A DNA stretch of 64,000 bases. Origin: Alphaproteobacteria bacterium (GTDB taxonomy: Bacteria > Pseudomonadota > Alphaproteobacteria > Rhizobiales > NORP267). The stretch spans positions 3,898 through 67,897 of the forward strand of contig JAQRMX010000028.1 in NCBI GenBank assembly GCA_028599125.1, in the 5' to 3' direction. Shown here piece by piece: positions 11,066 to 21,218 of this stretch. The notes below the pieces were generated by a model. That model searched no databases and was not told the DNA's origin. It saw only the letters and a list, made by a program, of their open reading frames with translations. A program made the position numbers and the translations under genes. Numbering within the stretch: position 1 is the first letter of the stretch; each line of letters begins with the position of its first letter.

Positions 11066-12478
11066 TTATAAAGCCGGACCCCCGAAAGGGGAAGAAACCT
11101 CATCAATAACACCCAGCAAGCCATTAGGACGAATACCTGTTATGCGCACCGGACACACACAGCCATAAAGCGACGCAGGTGCGTCCACATAAACCGTCTG
11201 ACCATAAGGAGATCGGCCCCCGAGACGACCAGAAGCAGAACGGCGATCATTCCTGTCCAGAAGTATAGGCAAAACACGGCCCATAAAGGCCTCATTGAAA
11301 GACCATTGTTGACGGGACAACTCCCCCTGCAACGCCGCGAGGCGCTCTTTCTTGACAGGCTCAGGAACGATCGCTTTCATTCGCGCCGCTGGCGTACCGG
11401 GCCTTGCCGAATATCTGAATGAATAAGCCTGCGCAAAACCAACCTCCCTTACCAAAGACATTGTGGCCTCAAAATCAGTATCGCTTTCCCCCGGGAATCC
11501 CACAATAAAATCTGAGGCAAGCGCAATATCCGGACGGGAAATCCGCAGACGACCTATAATGTCCACATATTGCTGTGCTGAATATTTCCTATTCATTCCA
11601 TTTAAAATGCGATCTGAACCAGATTGGACAGGTAAATGCAAATAAGGAACAAGCTCCGGGAGAGAGCCATGTGCGGCAATGAGGGACTCACTCATATCAG
11701 AAGGATGGCTCGTCACATAGCGCAGATAAGAAATACCCGAAAGCGCCGCAAGATGACCCAAAAGATCGGCCAGATCAGACGTACGACCGTGAGGACCAAT
11801 GCCATGATAGGCATTCACATTCTGGCCAAGCAAAACAATTTCTACAACCCCGGATTCTGCCAGACCCCGCGCTTCCTCAACAATATCTGCAACAGGACGC
11901 GAGACTTCCATGCCACGTGTGTAAGGGACGACACAAAAAGTACAGAATTTGTCACACCCCTCCTGCACAGTGAGAAACGCCGAACGGCCACGGCTCTTAA
12001 GAGCAGACTGCGATGCTTTCGGCAAGGAGGCGAATTTATCCTCTGCAGTAAAATCAAGCTCCACCACTTTCTCACCACGCCCAGCCCGCTCGAGCAAATC
12101 AGGCAAACGATGATAAAGCTGCGGACCAAAAACCATGTCAACGACTGGTGCGCGATGAAGAATCTCTTCACCTTCCGCTTGTGCGACACAACCTGCAACT
12201 GCAATGAGCATAGACTGTCCATCTGCAAAACGCTTCTGCTTGATAGCGCGAAAATCATCTACCTCCGAATAAATCCTCTCTGTTGCTTTCTCACGGATAT
12301 GGCAGGTATTCAGTATAACAAGATCCGCCTCTTCAGGGACCACCGTTGTATGATAACCACACTTTTCCAGAAGATCACTCATCCGATCTGAATCATACAC
12401 ATTCATCTGACAGCCATATGTCCTGATAAATACTTTTCTTTCAAAACTAGAGGTTACTGTCACATTTACATCGCTCAT
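11066..12478 (-). CDS. miaB: tRNA-2-methylthio-N6-dimethylallyladenosine synthase MiaB
   Basis: ORF 11066..12529. The likely start is the internal Met (MSDVNVTV...). It has the N-terminal [10 protein letters not shown] segment and the radical-SAM cluster motif [12 protein letters not shown]. Confidence 0.95.
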   Translation of the reverse strand: MSDVNVTVTSSFERKVFIRTYGCQMNVYDSDRMSDLLEKCGYHTTVVPEEADLVILNTCHIREKATERIYSEVDDFRAIKQKRFADGQSMLIAVAGCVAQAEGEEILHRAPVVDMVFGPQLYHRLPDLLERAGRGEKVVELDFTAEDKFASLPKASQSALKSRGRSAFLTVQEGCDKFCTFCVVPYTRGMEVSRPVADIVEEARGLAESGVVEIVLLGQNVNAYHGIGPHGRTSDLADLLGHLAALSGISYLRYVTSHPSDMSESLIAAHGSLPELVPYLHLPVQSGSDRILNGMNRKYSAQQYVDIIGRLRISRPDIALASDFIVGFPGESDTDFEATMSLVREVGFAQAYSFRYSARPGTPAARMKAIVPEPVKKERLAALQGELSRQQWSFNEAFMGRVLPILLDRNDRRSASGRLGGRSPYGQTVYVDAPASLYGCVCPVRITGIRPNGLLGVIDEVSSPFGGPAL

Positions 12479-12671
12479 CAAACCACCTTCAAATTCCTCG
12501 GACAAATGCAATAGGCGATAAGGTAACATCCGTTAAAAAACGCCCAATACGAAACACCTCTTTCATTTCCTTTCTGAAAACAAGGACGGAAATTCGCTCC
12601 GGAAAATTAAAAATACATCAGCATGAATCCTGAACCCCGAAAAACAAAAAATAGGAAGCCTGTGCAAAACC

Positions 12672-13163
12672 TCATCCCTCCTTGATTCTCTCCGGTGGAG
12701 ATAATTTCCAATCACTCAGAGAAAAGGAAAAAGAAAGGGCATCAATACAACCCGTCTCTCGATGATAATAGCCCACGCGGCGACCTGTCTGAACAAAGCC
12801 ATGAGCAAGATATAAGTGCAAAGCCTCTTCATTATCTACCGCAACCTCCAGAAACAGAAAAGAAACTTCCCGGCAACGCAACTCTTTCACAATCGTCCCC
12901 AGAAGACAGGAAGCAATACCCCTACGCCAAAAAACAGGATGGACCGCAAGTGTGATAATTTCTCCTTCCCTCTCAACTACACGCACCAATATAAAACCCG
13001 CAAGAGGCAATTTGCTCTCAAGGCGCACAGCAAAACAAATCATATGCGGACTCTCCAAAAAGGACGAAAAAGCTTCGCGAGACCAGCCCCCTCTTGGAAA
13101 CGCCGCGCCGTGAACAAGAGACATAAAAACAACCTGATCCGGACCAGCAGGATAGATAATCAT
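12672..13163 (-). CDS. rimI: Ribosomal-protein-alanine N-acetyltransferase (GNAT)
   Basis: 163-aa GNAT ORF (ITLAVHPVFWRRGIASCLL). It overlaps tsaB by 4 nt, the usual tsaB-rimI pairing. Confidence 0.8.
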   Translation of the reverse strand: MIIYPAGPDQVVFMSLVHGAAFPRGGWSREAFSSFLESPHMICFAVRLESKLPLAGFILVRVVEREGEIITLAVHPVFWRRGIASCLLGTIVKELRCREVSFLFLEVAVDNEEALHLYLAHGFVQTGRRVGYYHRETGCIDALSFSFSLSDWKLSPPERIKEG

Positions 13164-13885
13164 GAAACAGATCTTCCCGCTGATAGGCTAGGTTTTTCTC
13201 CGGGCATACGAGCACCGGGGGAACGCAGGTAAAGCAAGCGGACACGTGAAGACGGAACAGGAAAGGTCAGCGCAAGATCGGCAAACACAGAAAGGTCAAT
13301 CCCCTCACTCCTCTCAAACCACGACACACCTTCAGACGCGCTTTTAGAAGAAAGGTGAGAACATAAAAATGAGGCTCCTTTGCCGGAAACGTCAAAAATA
13401 CCAAGAGGACAAGAAACAGCCTCCTCACGCCACACTGCAAATTCCGCTGGACTGATAGCCCTCGGTTCATCCAGCGGCAGGGCCGTTGCATCGAACTTCT
13501 GGCCATAAAATGCAGTCTCAGAAATGCAAAGAAGAAGGGCAAAAGGACCAGATGGCAATAAAGAACGAACCAAAACACCCTTTGCCAGAACGTGAAGGCT
13601 GCCGATCCCGAACAGAGGACGACCGGTGACAAGCGCAAACCCCCGACAGGCAGAAAGGCCGACACGCAGACCAGTAAAATTACCTGGACCGATGGTAACA
13701 GCAAAAGCATCCATGTCCATGAAACGAACCCCAGCCTCGGTCATCACTTCATCAATCATGGGCATGAGCGACTCCGCAGATCCCTGTAACATCGCCAACT
13801 GACGCGCTACAATACGCCTGTCAGTGCTGTCAAAAAAGGCACAGCCACAGAGACTCAGGGACGTATCAACAACAAGAAGCCTCAT
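13160..13885 (-). CDS. tsaB: tRNA threonylcarbamoyladenosine biosynthesis protein TsaB
   Basis: ORF 13160..13930. The likely start is MRLLVVDTS. The TIGPGNFTGLRVGLS motif is present. Confidence 0.85.
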   Translation of the reverse strand: MRLLVVDTSLSLCGCAFFDSTDRRIVARQLAMLQGSAESLMPMIDEVMTEAGVRFMDMDAFAVTIGPGNFTGLRVGLSACRGFALVTGRPLFGIGSLHVLAKGVLVRSLLPSGPFALLLCISETAFYGQKFDATALPLDEPRAISPAEFAVWREEAVSCPLGIFDVSGKGASFLCSHLSSKSASEGVSWFERSEGIDLSVFADLALTFPVPSSRVRLLYLRSPGARMPGEKPSLSAGRSVS

Positions 13886-13994
13886 CAGAAAAAAATCCGC
13901 AAATAACAACATAACACACCGAACAGGCACATCCCTTAAAAGGAAACGCTTCCCTTCGGGCCGGAAAAATTAACCTGAACAAACACAACATTCC

Positions 13995-14558
13995 CTAGAT
14001 AGAACAAACCTCCGTGACTTCCGGTATAAAATGGCGCAACAAGTTTTCAATCCCGTTCTTCAGCGTAACTGTTGAACTCGGACAACCAGAACACGCGCCA
14101 CGCATATGCAGAAAAACGATTCCTTTCCGGTAGCTATGAAAAACAATATCCCCCCCATCATTCGCAACAGCAGGACGGACACGGGTATCCAGCAATTCCT
14201 TGATCATCTCAACAATCTTCTGATCAGCAGCATCAAATTGCTCATCACGGATCTCTTCAAGCATCTCCGAGTCTCTGATCACCGGTGCCCCGGACGTAAA
14301 ATGCTCCATAAATACACCAAGAATGGCAGGTTTGAGATGCGACCACTCCCAGTTATCACTCTTGCTTACCGTGACAAAATCTGTCCCGAAAAACACGCTT
14401 CTTACGCCCTCAACACCAAAAATCGCGCCCGCAAGCGGTGAAATGCGGAACGCTGTCGCAGAATCAAGAAATTCCCTTGTCCCAGACGAAAGAACGGGTT
14501 GGCCTGGAAGAAATTTCATGGTTGCTGGATTTGGTGTCGCCTCTGTCTGAATAAACAT
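13995..14558 (-). CDS. NifU/Nfu-type Fe-S cluster assembly scaffold protein
   Basis: 187-aa ORF with an Nfu_N-like start MFIQTEATPNPATMKFLPG and a C-terminal CSGCPSS motif. Confidence 0.85.
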   Translation of the reverse strand: MFIQTEATPNPATMKFLPGQPVLSSGTREFLDSATAFRISPLAGAIFGVEGVRSVFFGTDFVTVSKSDNWEWSHLKPAILGVFMEHFTSGAPVIRDSEMLEEIRDEQFDAADQKIVEMIKELLDTRVRPAVANDGGDIVFHSYRKGIVFLHMRGACSGCPSSTVTLKNGIENLLRHFIPEVTEVCSI

Positions 14559-14714
14559 TGTCCTCGCTCCTAAGCTCCAAAGACCATGAAAAAGCGCACA
14601 TTCATTCTATAGTCGAAATATGACAATATTCAATCCGGATAAAAAAAACTCCCGCTCCGGGGGAAAAAACGATCATTCCGGAAAAATAAAATCAAATAAG
14701 AAAAAATAATAAAA

Positions 14715-15218
14715 TCAGACGAGCATATCAATGCCCTCATCATTCAAATTGCCCGGCACAAGCGTAATAAGGACCGGAAGAGGCTCGTCCCTCTCGCTCA
14801 CCAGAGACATCACCAGAGGCCCTGGCCCTTCAGCCCCTTTGGCTGCCGAGGCAAGCAGCAAGGTCCCTATTTCCTTATCTTCTGCGATCAGTTCAACAAC
14901 CTGGCGGGCACGGCTGCCTTCCTTGACAACCAATTCCGCTTCAATAGCTGATTCCTCCCGGACAATAGCAGAAAAGCGGTGCAAAATATCATACGCCTTC
15001 TCTCTGGCATCTTCACGTATGAGAGATTCGACATTGATCCAATGCTGAAAATTCGCAGGGACGATAACATAAAGCAGAACGAGACGGCAGCACTGGCGCG
15101 AGGCACAGCGCATCGCAAAATAAAGCGCACGCTCACACTCCTCCGTATCGTCAATGACGACAAGAAACTTACGCCGCTCTGCCACATCTACCATGAAGAC
15201 ATGCTGCCACAAGGACAA
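14715..15218 (-). CDS. Universal stress protein (UspA-family)
   Basis: 167-aa ORF with a Usp-like alpha/beta pattern (KFLVVIDDTEECERAL... LLLASAAKGAEGPG). Confidence 0.7.
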   Translation of the reverse strand: MSLWQHVFMVDVAERRKFLVVIDDTEECERALYFAMRCASRQCCRLVLLYVIVPANFQHWINVESLIREDAREKAYDILHRFSAIVREESAIEAELVVKEGSRARQVVELIAEDKEIGTLLLASAAKGAEGPGPLVMSLVSERDEPLPVLITLVPGNLNDEGIDMLV

Positions 15219-15305
15219 GGTTTACTGCAAGTTAAATTTATATACCCTCATCTCCGCAAACCTACTCAAGACCCCGAAACACAAAAGATATAAGGATGAC
15301 TTCAT

Positions 15306-16355
15306 TCATCTTAAGGTAAAACCAACAATCTCTTTTACAGATTTCAGGACAGGACCGGCAATCAAACGGGCACGCTCCGCTCCATCTCTCAAAATAGTGT
15401 CAACATGAGAAGGATCAGAAAGAAGGGCTTTCACCTCTCGACCAATAGGTGTCAATTTCGCTACAGTAAGATCAATCAAGGCCTGCTTAAACAGGGAAAA
15501 GCCACATCCCTGATACTCATGGAGAACGTCCTGAGGTGTCAATCCACCTAGAGCTGCATAAATTACCACAAGATTTTTCGCCTCCGGACGCGCCTCTAGT
15601 TCCTCAAAATGATCTGGTAAGGGATCAGAATCCGTTCTGGCTCTGCGAAGCTTAAGCGCAATCACATCCGCATTATCCGTCAAATTCAATCGCGAATGAT
15701 CTGAAGATGCCGAAGATGACATCTTCTTTAACCCATCCCGCAGAGACATAATCCGGCCTGTAGAAGCCGGTACCACAGGTTCAACCAACGGAAAATAAGT
15801 TGGCCCAAAACCACAGGCAGAAATTGACTCTTCAAAGTCTGTGTTAAATTTTTGCGCAATATCACGTGTCAGCTCCAAATGCTGCTTCTGATCTTCACCA
15901 ACAGCGGAATGCGTCGCCCGATAAGCAAGAATATCCGCTGCCATCAAAATAGGATACGTGAAAAGACCGACAGATGCATTCTCACGATGCTTCCCTGCCT
16001 TATCCTTAAACTGAGTCATCCGGTTCAGCCATCCAATGCGGGCAATACATCCTAGAATCCACGCTAACTCGGTATGTTCAACAACCTGGCTCTGTTTGAA
16101 AATAAGGCTACGGGACGGATCCACGCCACTGGCGATAAAACAGGCAGCAACCTCACGGCTCCTCAGAGACAATTCCAAAGGAGCCTGAAAGCTCGTAAGC
16201 GCATGCGCGTCAACAACGCAATAAATACATTGAAATGTCTCCTGCAACGCTACAAAATTACGTAGCGTCCCCAGATAATGTCCTAAATGGAGATGACCGG
16301 TTGGTTGAATACCCGAAAAAACCAGTTCTTTGAAAACAGAAGGGCCGGAGATCAT
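15306..16355 (-). CDS. trpS: Tryptophan--tRNA ligase
   Basis: 349-aa ORF with a HIGH-type motif [15 protein letters not shown] and a KMSKS-type motif KKMSSS. Confidence 0.95.
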   Translation of the reverse strand: MISGPSVFKELVFSGIQPTGHLHLGHYLGTLRNFVALQETFQCIYCVVDAHALTSFQAPLELSLRSREVAACFIASGVDPSRSLIFKQSQVVEHTELAWILGCIARIGWLNRMTQFKDKAGKHRENASVGLFTYPILMAADILAYRATHSAVGEDQKQHLELTRDIAQKFNTDFEESISACGFGPTYFPLVEPVVPASTGRIMSLRDGLKKMSSSASSDHSRLNLTDNADVIALKLRRARTDSDPLPDHFEELEARPEAKNLVVIYAALGGLTPQDVLHEYQGCGFSLFKQALIDLTVAKLTPIGREVKALLSDPSHVDTILRDGAERARLIAGPVLKSVKEIVGFTLR

Positions 16356-16510
16356 GTAAACATCCTCCTAAAATGCGCTACAGACCAGACTAAATTTTAA
16401 AACAGCCGCTCCAAACACTCTTTTGCCAGAATAAATGCATCACCTACGCCGGAGATAAAAAACGGAAACGAAAGACTTCACCTAGCATATATCATGACGA
16501 ATCAGAAATT

Positions 16511-18070
16511 TCAGAGATTCCCCGTCAAACGGCCCCACATCTTTAGAAAATTCACCTTCCCCAAAAGAGAGGCCGCAAGAAAAAAAATCAACATTGAAAG
16601 GCCACACAAAACAAAAAGTAAAACCACCCGAATCAGTTCAGTTCCACTCTCAAACAGAGGAGAAAAAAACGAACCCAAAGGCCAAAGACATAGGCCCAAA
16701 ATAACGCTCGCAAGAAAAATGCCTCGTGAATGAACCCTCAAATCCTCATCCAGATCAAAATGACCACGATAAACCAAAACGCTCCACAGAAGCACTACAT
16801 TGACCCAGCTGCTCAAGGACGTCGCGATAGCAATACCGACATGCCCGAAAGGAAAATAAAGAAGAATACTAGCAAGAACATTCACAAGCAGATTGATAAG
16901 TGAAAACCACATCGGAATATGCGTATCACCGCGTGCAAAAAAAAAGGGCAAAAGAACTTTAAGAAGAACAAAGGAAGGAAGACCGACAGAAAACGCCATC
17001 AAAGCCCAAGAAATAGGAAAAACAGAAGAGGCTTCAAACGCACCACGCTGAAACAAAACCCGAATGATCGGATCAGCCAGCATAAAAAAGGCTACGGATA
17101 ATGGCAAAGTGAGAAGCAGAGAAATTTCCAGAGAACGGTTCTGGATATCATGCACATGCGCCAACTGACCCATTTTGAAACGGCGTGACAAATCAGGCAA
17201 CAAAACAACGCCGAGAGCAATGCCTATCACACCGAGCGGAAGCTGATAAATGCGTTCTGCATAATAGAGATAAGAAATTCCGCTTTCCTGTAAGGAAGCA
17301 ATCGCCGTTCCGAAAATGAGATTGATCTGCGTGATCCCACCCGAAATAACGCTCGGAATCCCTTTGAAAACAAGCCGGCGCACATCAGGGGACCACACAG
17401 GACGACCCAACTTCAAAATCAGGCCAGTATGGCGACTGGCACGCCAAAGCACAAAAAGTTGCATAGCCCCGGCAAGCATAATCCCGAGGCACAGAACAAA
17501 GCCAGAAAAAACAACCTCACCATCCCAAAAAAAAGACAGCATGATCAAAATAAAAATCAGCACCAAATTGAGTAAAATAGGCGCAGCAGACGAAGCTGCG
17601 AAACGACCGAATGCGTTCAAAATGCCAGCAAAAAGGGTCATCACGGACATACACAACAAATAAGGAAAAGTGAGCCGACTGAAAGAAATGAGCAAATCAT
17701 ATTTTGCCGCTTCCTGAACAAAGCCGGGTGCAAAAAGATAAAGAACCCATGGCATGAAAATTTCAATACAGACCGTAAAAATCACTAAAATAAAAAGCAA
17801 CCCGGACAGAACATCCTGTGCAAAACGACGCGCGGACTCCTGCCCGTCACATTCAAGACGTTCAGAAAAAAGAGGAACGAACACAGACGTAAACGCACCT
17901 TCCGCAAATAAACGGCGAAACAGATTGGGAAGGCGCAAGGCGACAAAAAACACATCCGCTACAACGCCCACTCCTAAAATACCGGCAATGAGAACGTCCC
18001 GAAAAAAACCAAATAACCGACTTATGATCGTAAAACCGCCAACCACGGCAAAAGAGCGAAACAATTTCAT
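16511..18070 (-). CDS. murJ: Lipid II flippase MurJ (MviN)
   Basis: ORF 16511..18121. The likely start is MKLFRSFAVV. The MurJ N-terminal signature SRLFGFFRDVLIAGILG...LRLPNLFRRLFAEGAFTSVFVPLF is present, and the protein is polytopic. Confidence 0.92.
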   Translation of the reverse strand: MKLFRSFAVVGGFTIISRLFGFFRDVLIAGILGVGVVADVFFVALRLPNLFRRLFAEGAFTSVFVPLFSERLECDGQESARRFAQDVLSGLLFILVIFTVCIEIFMPWVLYLFAPGFVQEAAKYDLLISFSRLTFPYLLCMSVMTLFAGILNAFGRFAASSAAPILLNLVLIFILIMLSFFWDGEVVFSGFVLCLGIMLAGAMQLFVLWRASRHTGLILKLGRPVWSPDVRRLVFKGIPSVISGGITQINLIFGTAIASLQESGISYLYYAERIYQLPLGVIGIALGVVLLPDLSRRFKMGQLAHVHDIQNRSLEISLLLTLPLSVAFFMLADPIIRVLFQRGAFEASSVFPISWALMAFSVGLPSFVLLKVLLPFFFARGDTHIPMWFSLINLLVNVLASILLYFPFGHVGIAIATSLSSWVNVVLLWSVLVYRGHFDLDEDLRVHSRGIFLASVILGLCLWPLGSFFSPLFESGTELIRVVLLFVLCGLSMLIFFLAASLLGKVNFLKMWGRLTGNL

Positions 18071-18311
18071 GAGTAAAAGACATAAACGATTTATACAAAA
18101 AAAGAAAAAAATAGACTCCATGAAAAAAAAACAGCCCGGTAAACCTGAAAAGATTTCGGGGAATTAATATCCCTGCACAAAAAAACGAGCGTTACACATG
18201 CCGAATGTGCCCTTATAGCAATATTCAAGGGAAAAACCGGAAGATAAAAAGCGAAAAAACACTCTCAAAGAAGAGGAAGCATATCAACAGCCTCAGGATG
18301 TTTCAAAACCT

Positions 18312-21074
18312 TCAGAAACAAAGACGCTTCAAACGATAAAGAACATCGAGTGCCTCTCTGGGCGTGAGCTCATCAGGAGCAATTGTCTCAAGAAAAGCAA
18401 CAACCTCATCACTATTTTCATAATCTGAAACAACAGCTCCCGATTGGCTGGAAAAAAGAGGAAAATCATCAATAATATCTGGGTCAATTCGATTCTTTCC
18501 CTGCTCTTCCAGAGTATTTAAAATTGAATCGGCACGCTTGATTACAGCCAGAGGCAAACCAGCGCGACGGGCAACATGGATACCGTAAGAACGATCAGCA
18601 ACGCCATGGATCGCCTCATGTAAAAAAATAACCTCCCCTTCCCATTCTCTCACACGCATGGTTGCATTCACAATTCGCCCAAGACGCCCGGACAAATTCG
18701 TTAATTCATGAAAATGGGTAGCAAATAAAGTACGGGCACGGTTAACATCATGCAAATATTCCACACAAGCCCACGCAATCGATAAGCCGTCAAAGGTGGA
18801 TGTCCCTCGCCCAATCTCATCAAGAATAACCAGAGAGCGCTCGCCCGCCTGATTGAGAATTGAACCTGTTTCCACCATTTCCACCATAAAGGTGGAACGA
18901 CCACGCGCCAAATCATCTGCAGCGCCCACCCGCGAGAAAAGTTGATCAACAACGCCGATATGCGCCTGGCGGGCAGGAACGTAAGAACCCATTTGGGCCA
19001 GAATCGCAATTAACGCATTCTGACGCAGAAACGTTGATTTTCCAGCCATGTTCGGCCCCGTAATCAACCATATCTGACCAAGACCATCTTCCCCTTCTGG
19101 AGGACCAAGATTACAATCATTAGCAACAAAGGAAACCCCATCCCGTTTCAGAACGTGACGCACAATAGGATGGCAGCCTCCCTTAATTGAAAAGGCAAGA
19201 CTGGAATCAACGCAAGGTCGCGTGTAATCCTCCATATGCGCAAGAACCGCCAGAGACGCATAGACATCAACAACCGCAAGTGCCGCAGCAGACAACTTCA
19301 CAGCCTCACTGCGTGCAAGGACAAGCGCACATGAATTTTCAAAAATACCCTGCTCAATTGACAACACTTCCTGCGCGGCAGAGAGAATACGTGACTCAAG
19401 TTCACTCAGTTCTCCTGTCGAAAAACGCAAAACATTGGCACTGGTCCACCGATGCGTGAAGGTTGTATTCAAAGGCGCCTCAAGCAATTTTGAGCCAGAT
19501 TGAACGCTGACCTCAACAAAATAACCGAGCATATTGTTATGTTTTATTTTAAGCGATTTGATCCCCGTAAGAGACACATAGCGTGCCTGCAGGGAGACAA
19601 TTACTTTCCGGCTTTCACTCCGTAAATCCCGTGTGTCATCAAGATCTTTACTATAACCCGCACGAACAACGCCACCATCCCGGACCGACAGCGGAAGTTC
19701 ATCGGCCAAAATCTCTTCCAAATGTGAAATCAGATCCACATGATCCCCGATAAGATCAGGGATCAATTCTGCCACCTTTTCAGGAAGCACAGAAAGATCG
19801 GCCCCGCAGGCCCCGCTCAACGCTGCGGCAATAAGAGCGGCACTCTTCAGTCCCCTTGTCATTGCGCCAAGATCACGTGGCCCCCCCCGACCTAAAGAAA
19901 GACGGGAAAGCGCACGGGCTAGATCCGGTGCAGATTTTAGTAACTGCCGAACCTCTTCACGCAAATCTACTGAACCCAAAAAAAAGCCCACGGCCGCAAG
20001 ACGAGCATTAATCTCAACATGATCTGTCAAGGGGCTCGACAAGCGCTCAGAAAGCAGACGCGCACCGGACGCCGTCTGCGTCCGGTCAATTACAGACAAA
20101 AGACTCCCTTCAACCTTTCCGCGTAACGTTTGTCTCATTTCTAGATTCAGACGCGTCGCCGGATCAATGCGCATCACACCGCCACAAACCTCAAGACGCG
20201 GTGGCGAAATCACAGGGCGTTTTCCAGCCTGCGTCATATTAACATAAGAAATCAACGCACCACAGGACGATAATTGCGCCCGCGTAAAAGGGCCATAGGC
20301 ATCAAGAGTCCCCAGATTAAAATAATCGCAAAGACGCCGTTCTGCACGCACCGAGTCAAAATGATCCTGCGGTAAAGGCGTCACCGTCAGGTCAGGGAGA
20401 CGCAATGAAGGGATAAGTCTGTCATCCTTCAGCAACGAATCCGCAATGAGCAGCTCGGAAGGAGAAAGCCGGGCCATATCTCCCTCAACATCAGAAAATG
20501 ACGTTGCGGAAACATGGAAAGCACCCGTCGAAATATCCAGCCAGGCAAGCGAAAGTGCTTCCAACTCCTGACCTTTTACCTGCGAAAGAGCAGCCAGATA
20601 ATTGCTGCGACCAGCTTCTAAAAGCGTATCTTCCGTTAGAGTTCCGGCTGTAACGAGACGGACAACATCACGGTGGACAACAGATCGAGGCCCACGTTTC
20701 TTCGCTTCCGAAGGATCTTCAAGTTGTTCACAAACCGCTACCCGATGACCCAGTCTTATTAGGCGATGAAGATAGTCCACAGACGCATGGACCGGCACGC
20801 CACACATAGGCACATCCTCACCCATATGACGGCCACGTTTCGTCAATGAAATGCCAAGAGCACGACTGGCAATTTCTGCATCCTCAAAAAAAAGCTCGTA
20901 AAAATCACCCATCCTGTAAAAAAGCAAAGAACCGGGATTGGCGATCTTGATTTCAATATACTGCGCCATCATCGGCGTAGCACGGGAGACCGCACGACAA
21001 AGCCCATCCGTCTCCGGAGTGTTCTTTAAGAGAACCGCAGTCTTCTTATCTTTTTCAAAAAAAACATCACTCAT
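18312..21074 (-). CDS. mutS: DNA mismatch repair protein MutS
   Basis: ORF 18312..21107 (TTG). The first ATG gives MSDVFFEK.... Motifs TPMMAQYIEIK, FYRMGDFYELFF and Walker A GPNMAGKSTFLRQ are present. The gene appears full length. Confidence 0.97.
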   Translation of the reverse strand: MSDVFFEKDKKTAVLLKNTPETDGLCRAVSRATPMMAQYIEIKIANPGSLLFYRMGDFYELFFEDAEIASRALGISLTKRGRHMGEDVPMCGVPVHASVDYLHRLIRLGHRVAVCEQLEDPSEAKKRGPRSVVHRDVVRLVTAGTLTEDTLLEAGRSNYLAALSQVKGQELEALSLAWLDISTGAFHVSATSFSDVEGDMARLSPSELLIADSLLKDDRLIPSLRLPDLTVTPLPQDHFDSVRAERRLCDYFNLGTLDAYGPFTRAQLSSCGALISYVNMTQAGKRPVISPPRLEVCGGVMRIDPATRLNLEMRQTLRGKVEGSLLSVIDRTQTASGARLLSERLSSPLTDHVEINARLAAVGFFLGSVDLREEVRQLLKSAPDLARALSRLSLGRGGPRDLGAMTRGLKSAALIAAALSGACGADLSVLPEKVAELIPDLIGDHVDLISHLEEILADELPLSVRDGGVVRAGYSKDLDDTRDLRSESRKVIVSLQARYVSLTGIKSLKIKHNNMLGYFVEVSVQSGSKLLEAPLNTTFTHRWTSANVLRFSTGELSELESRILSAAQEVLSIEQGIFENSCALVLARSEAVKLSAAALAVVDVYASLAVLAHMEDYTRPCVDSSLAFSIKGGCHPIVRHVLKRDGVSFVANDCNLGPPEGEDGLGQIWLITGPNMAGKSTFLRQNALIAILAQMGSYVPARQAHIGVVDQLFSRVGAADDLARGRSTFMVEMVETGSILNQAGERSLVILDEIGRGTSTFDGLSIAWACVEYLHDVNRARTLFATHFHELTNLSGRLGRIVNATMRVREWEGEVIFLHEAIHGVADRSYGIHVARRAGLPLAVIKRADSILNTLEEQGKNRIDPDIIDDFPLFSSQSGAVVSDYENSDEVVAFLETIAPDELTPREALDVLYRLKRLCF

Positions 21075-21218
21075 TCCGCTAGTATAATTGAATTGCAAAA
21101 AAGACAAAACAACCGCGAAAAAACACCCCCCGCAAACAAGATCATTGTCTTATTCATAGTTCTCCAAAAACAGCCGGAAAATCATTCAATGGATAAAACG
21201 AAACCAGACAGGAAGAAA

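Noticed and set aside
11636-12391. 251-aa + strand ORF, with similar long frames at 5917-6534, 7940-8470, 36659-37195, 37211-38017, 42801-43343 and 48014-48550
   Set aside because: Each lies fully antisense to a confidently identified gene (miaB, metK, lnt, dnaK, dnaJ, nth, hisH). Their translations are low-complexity. They are best explained by strand-composition bias removing stop codons.
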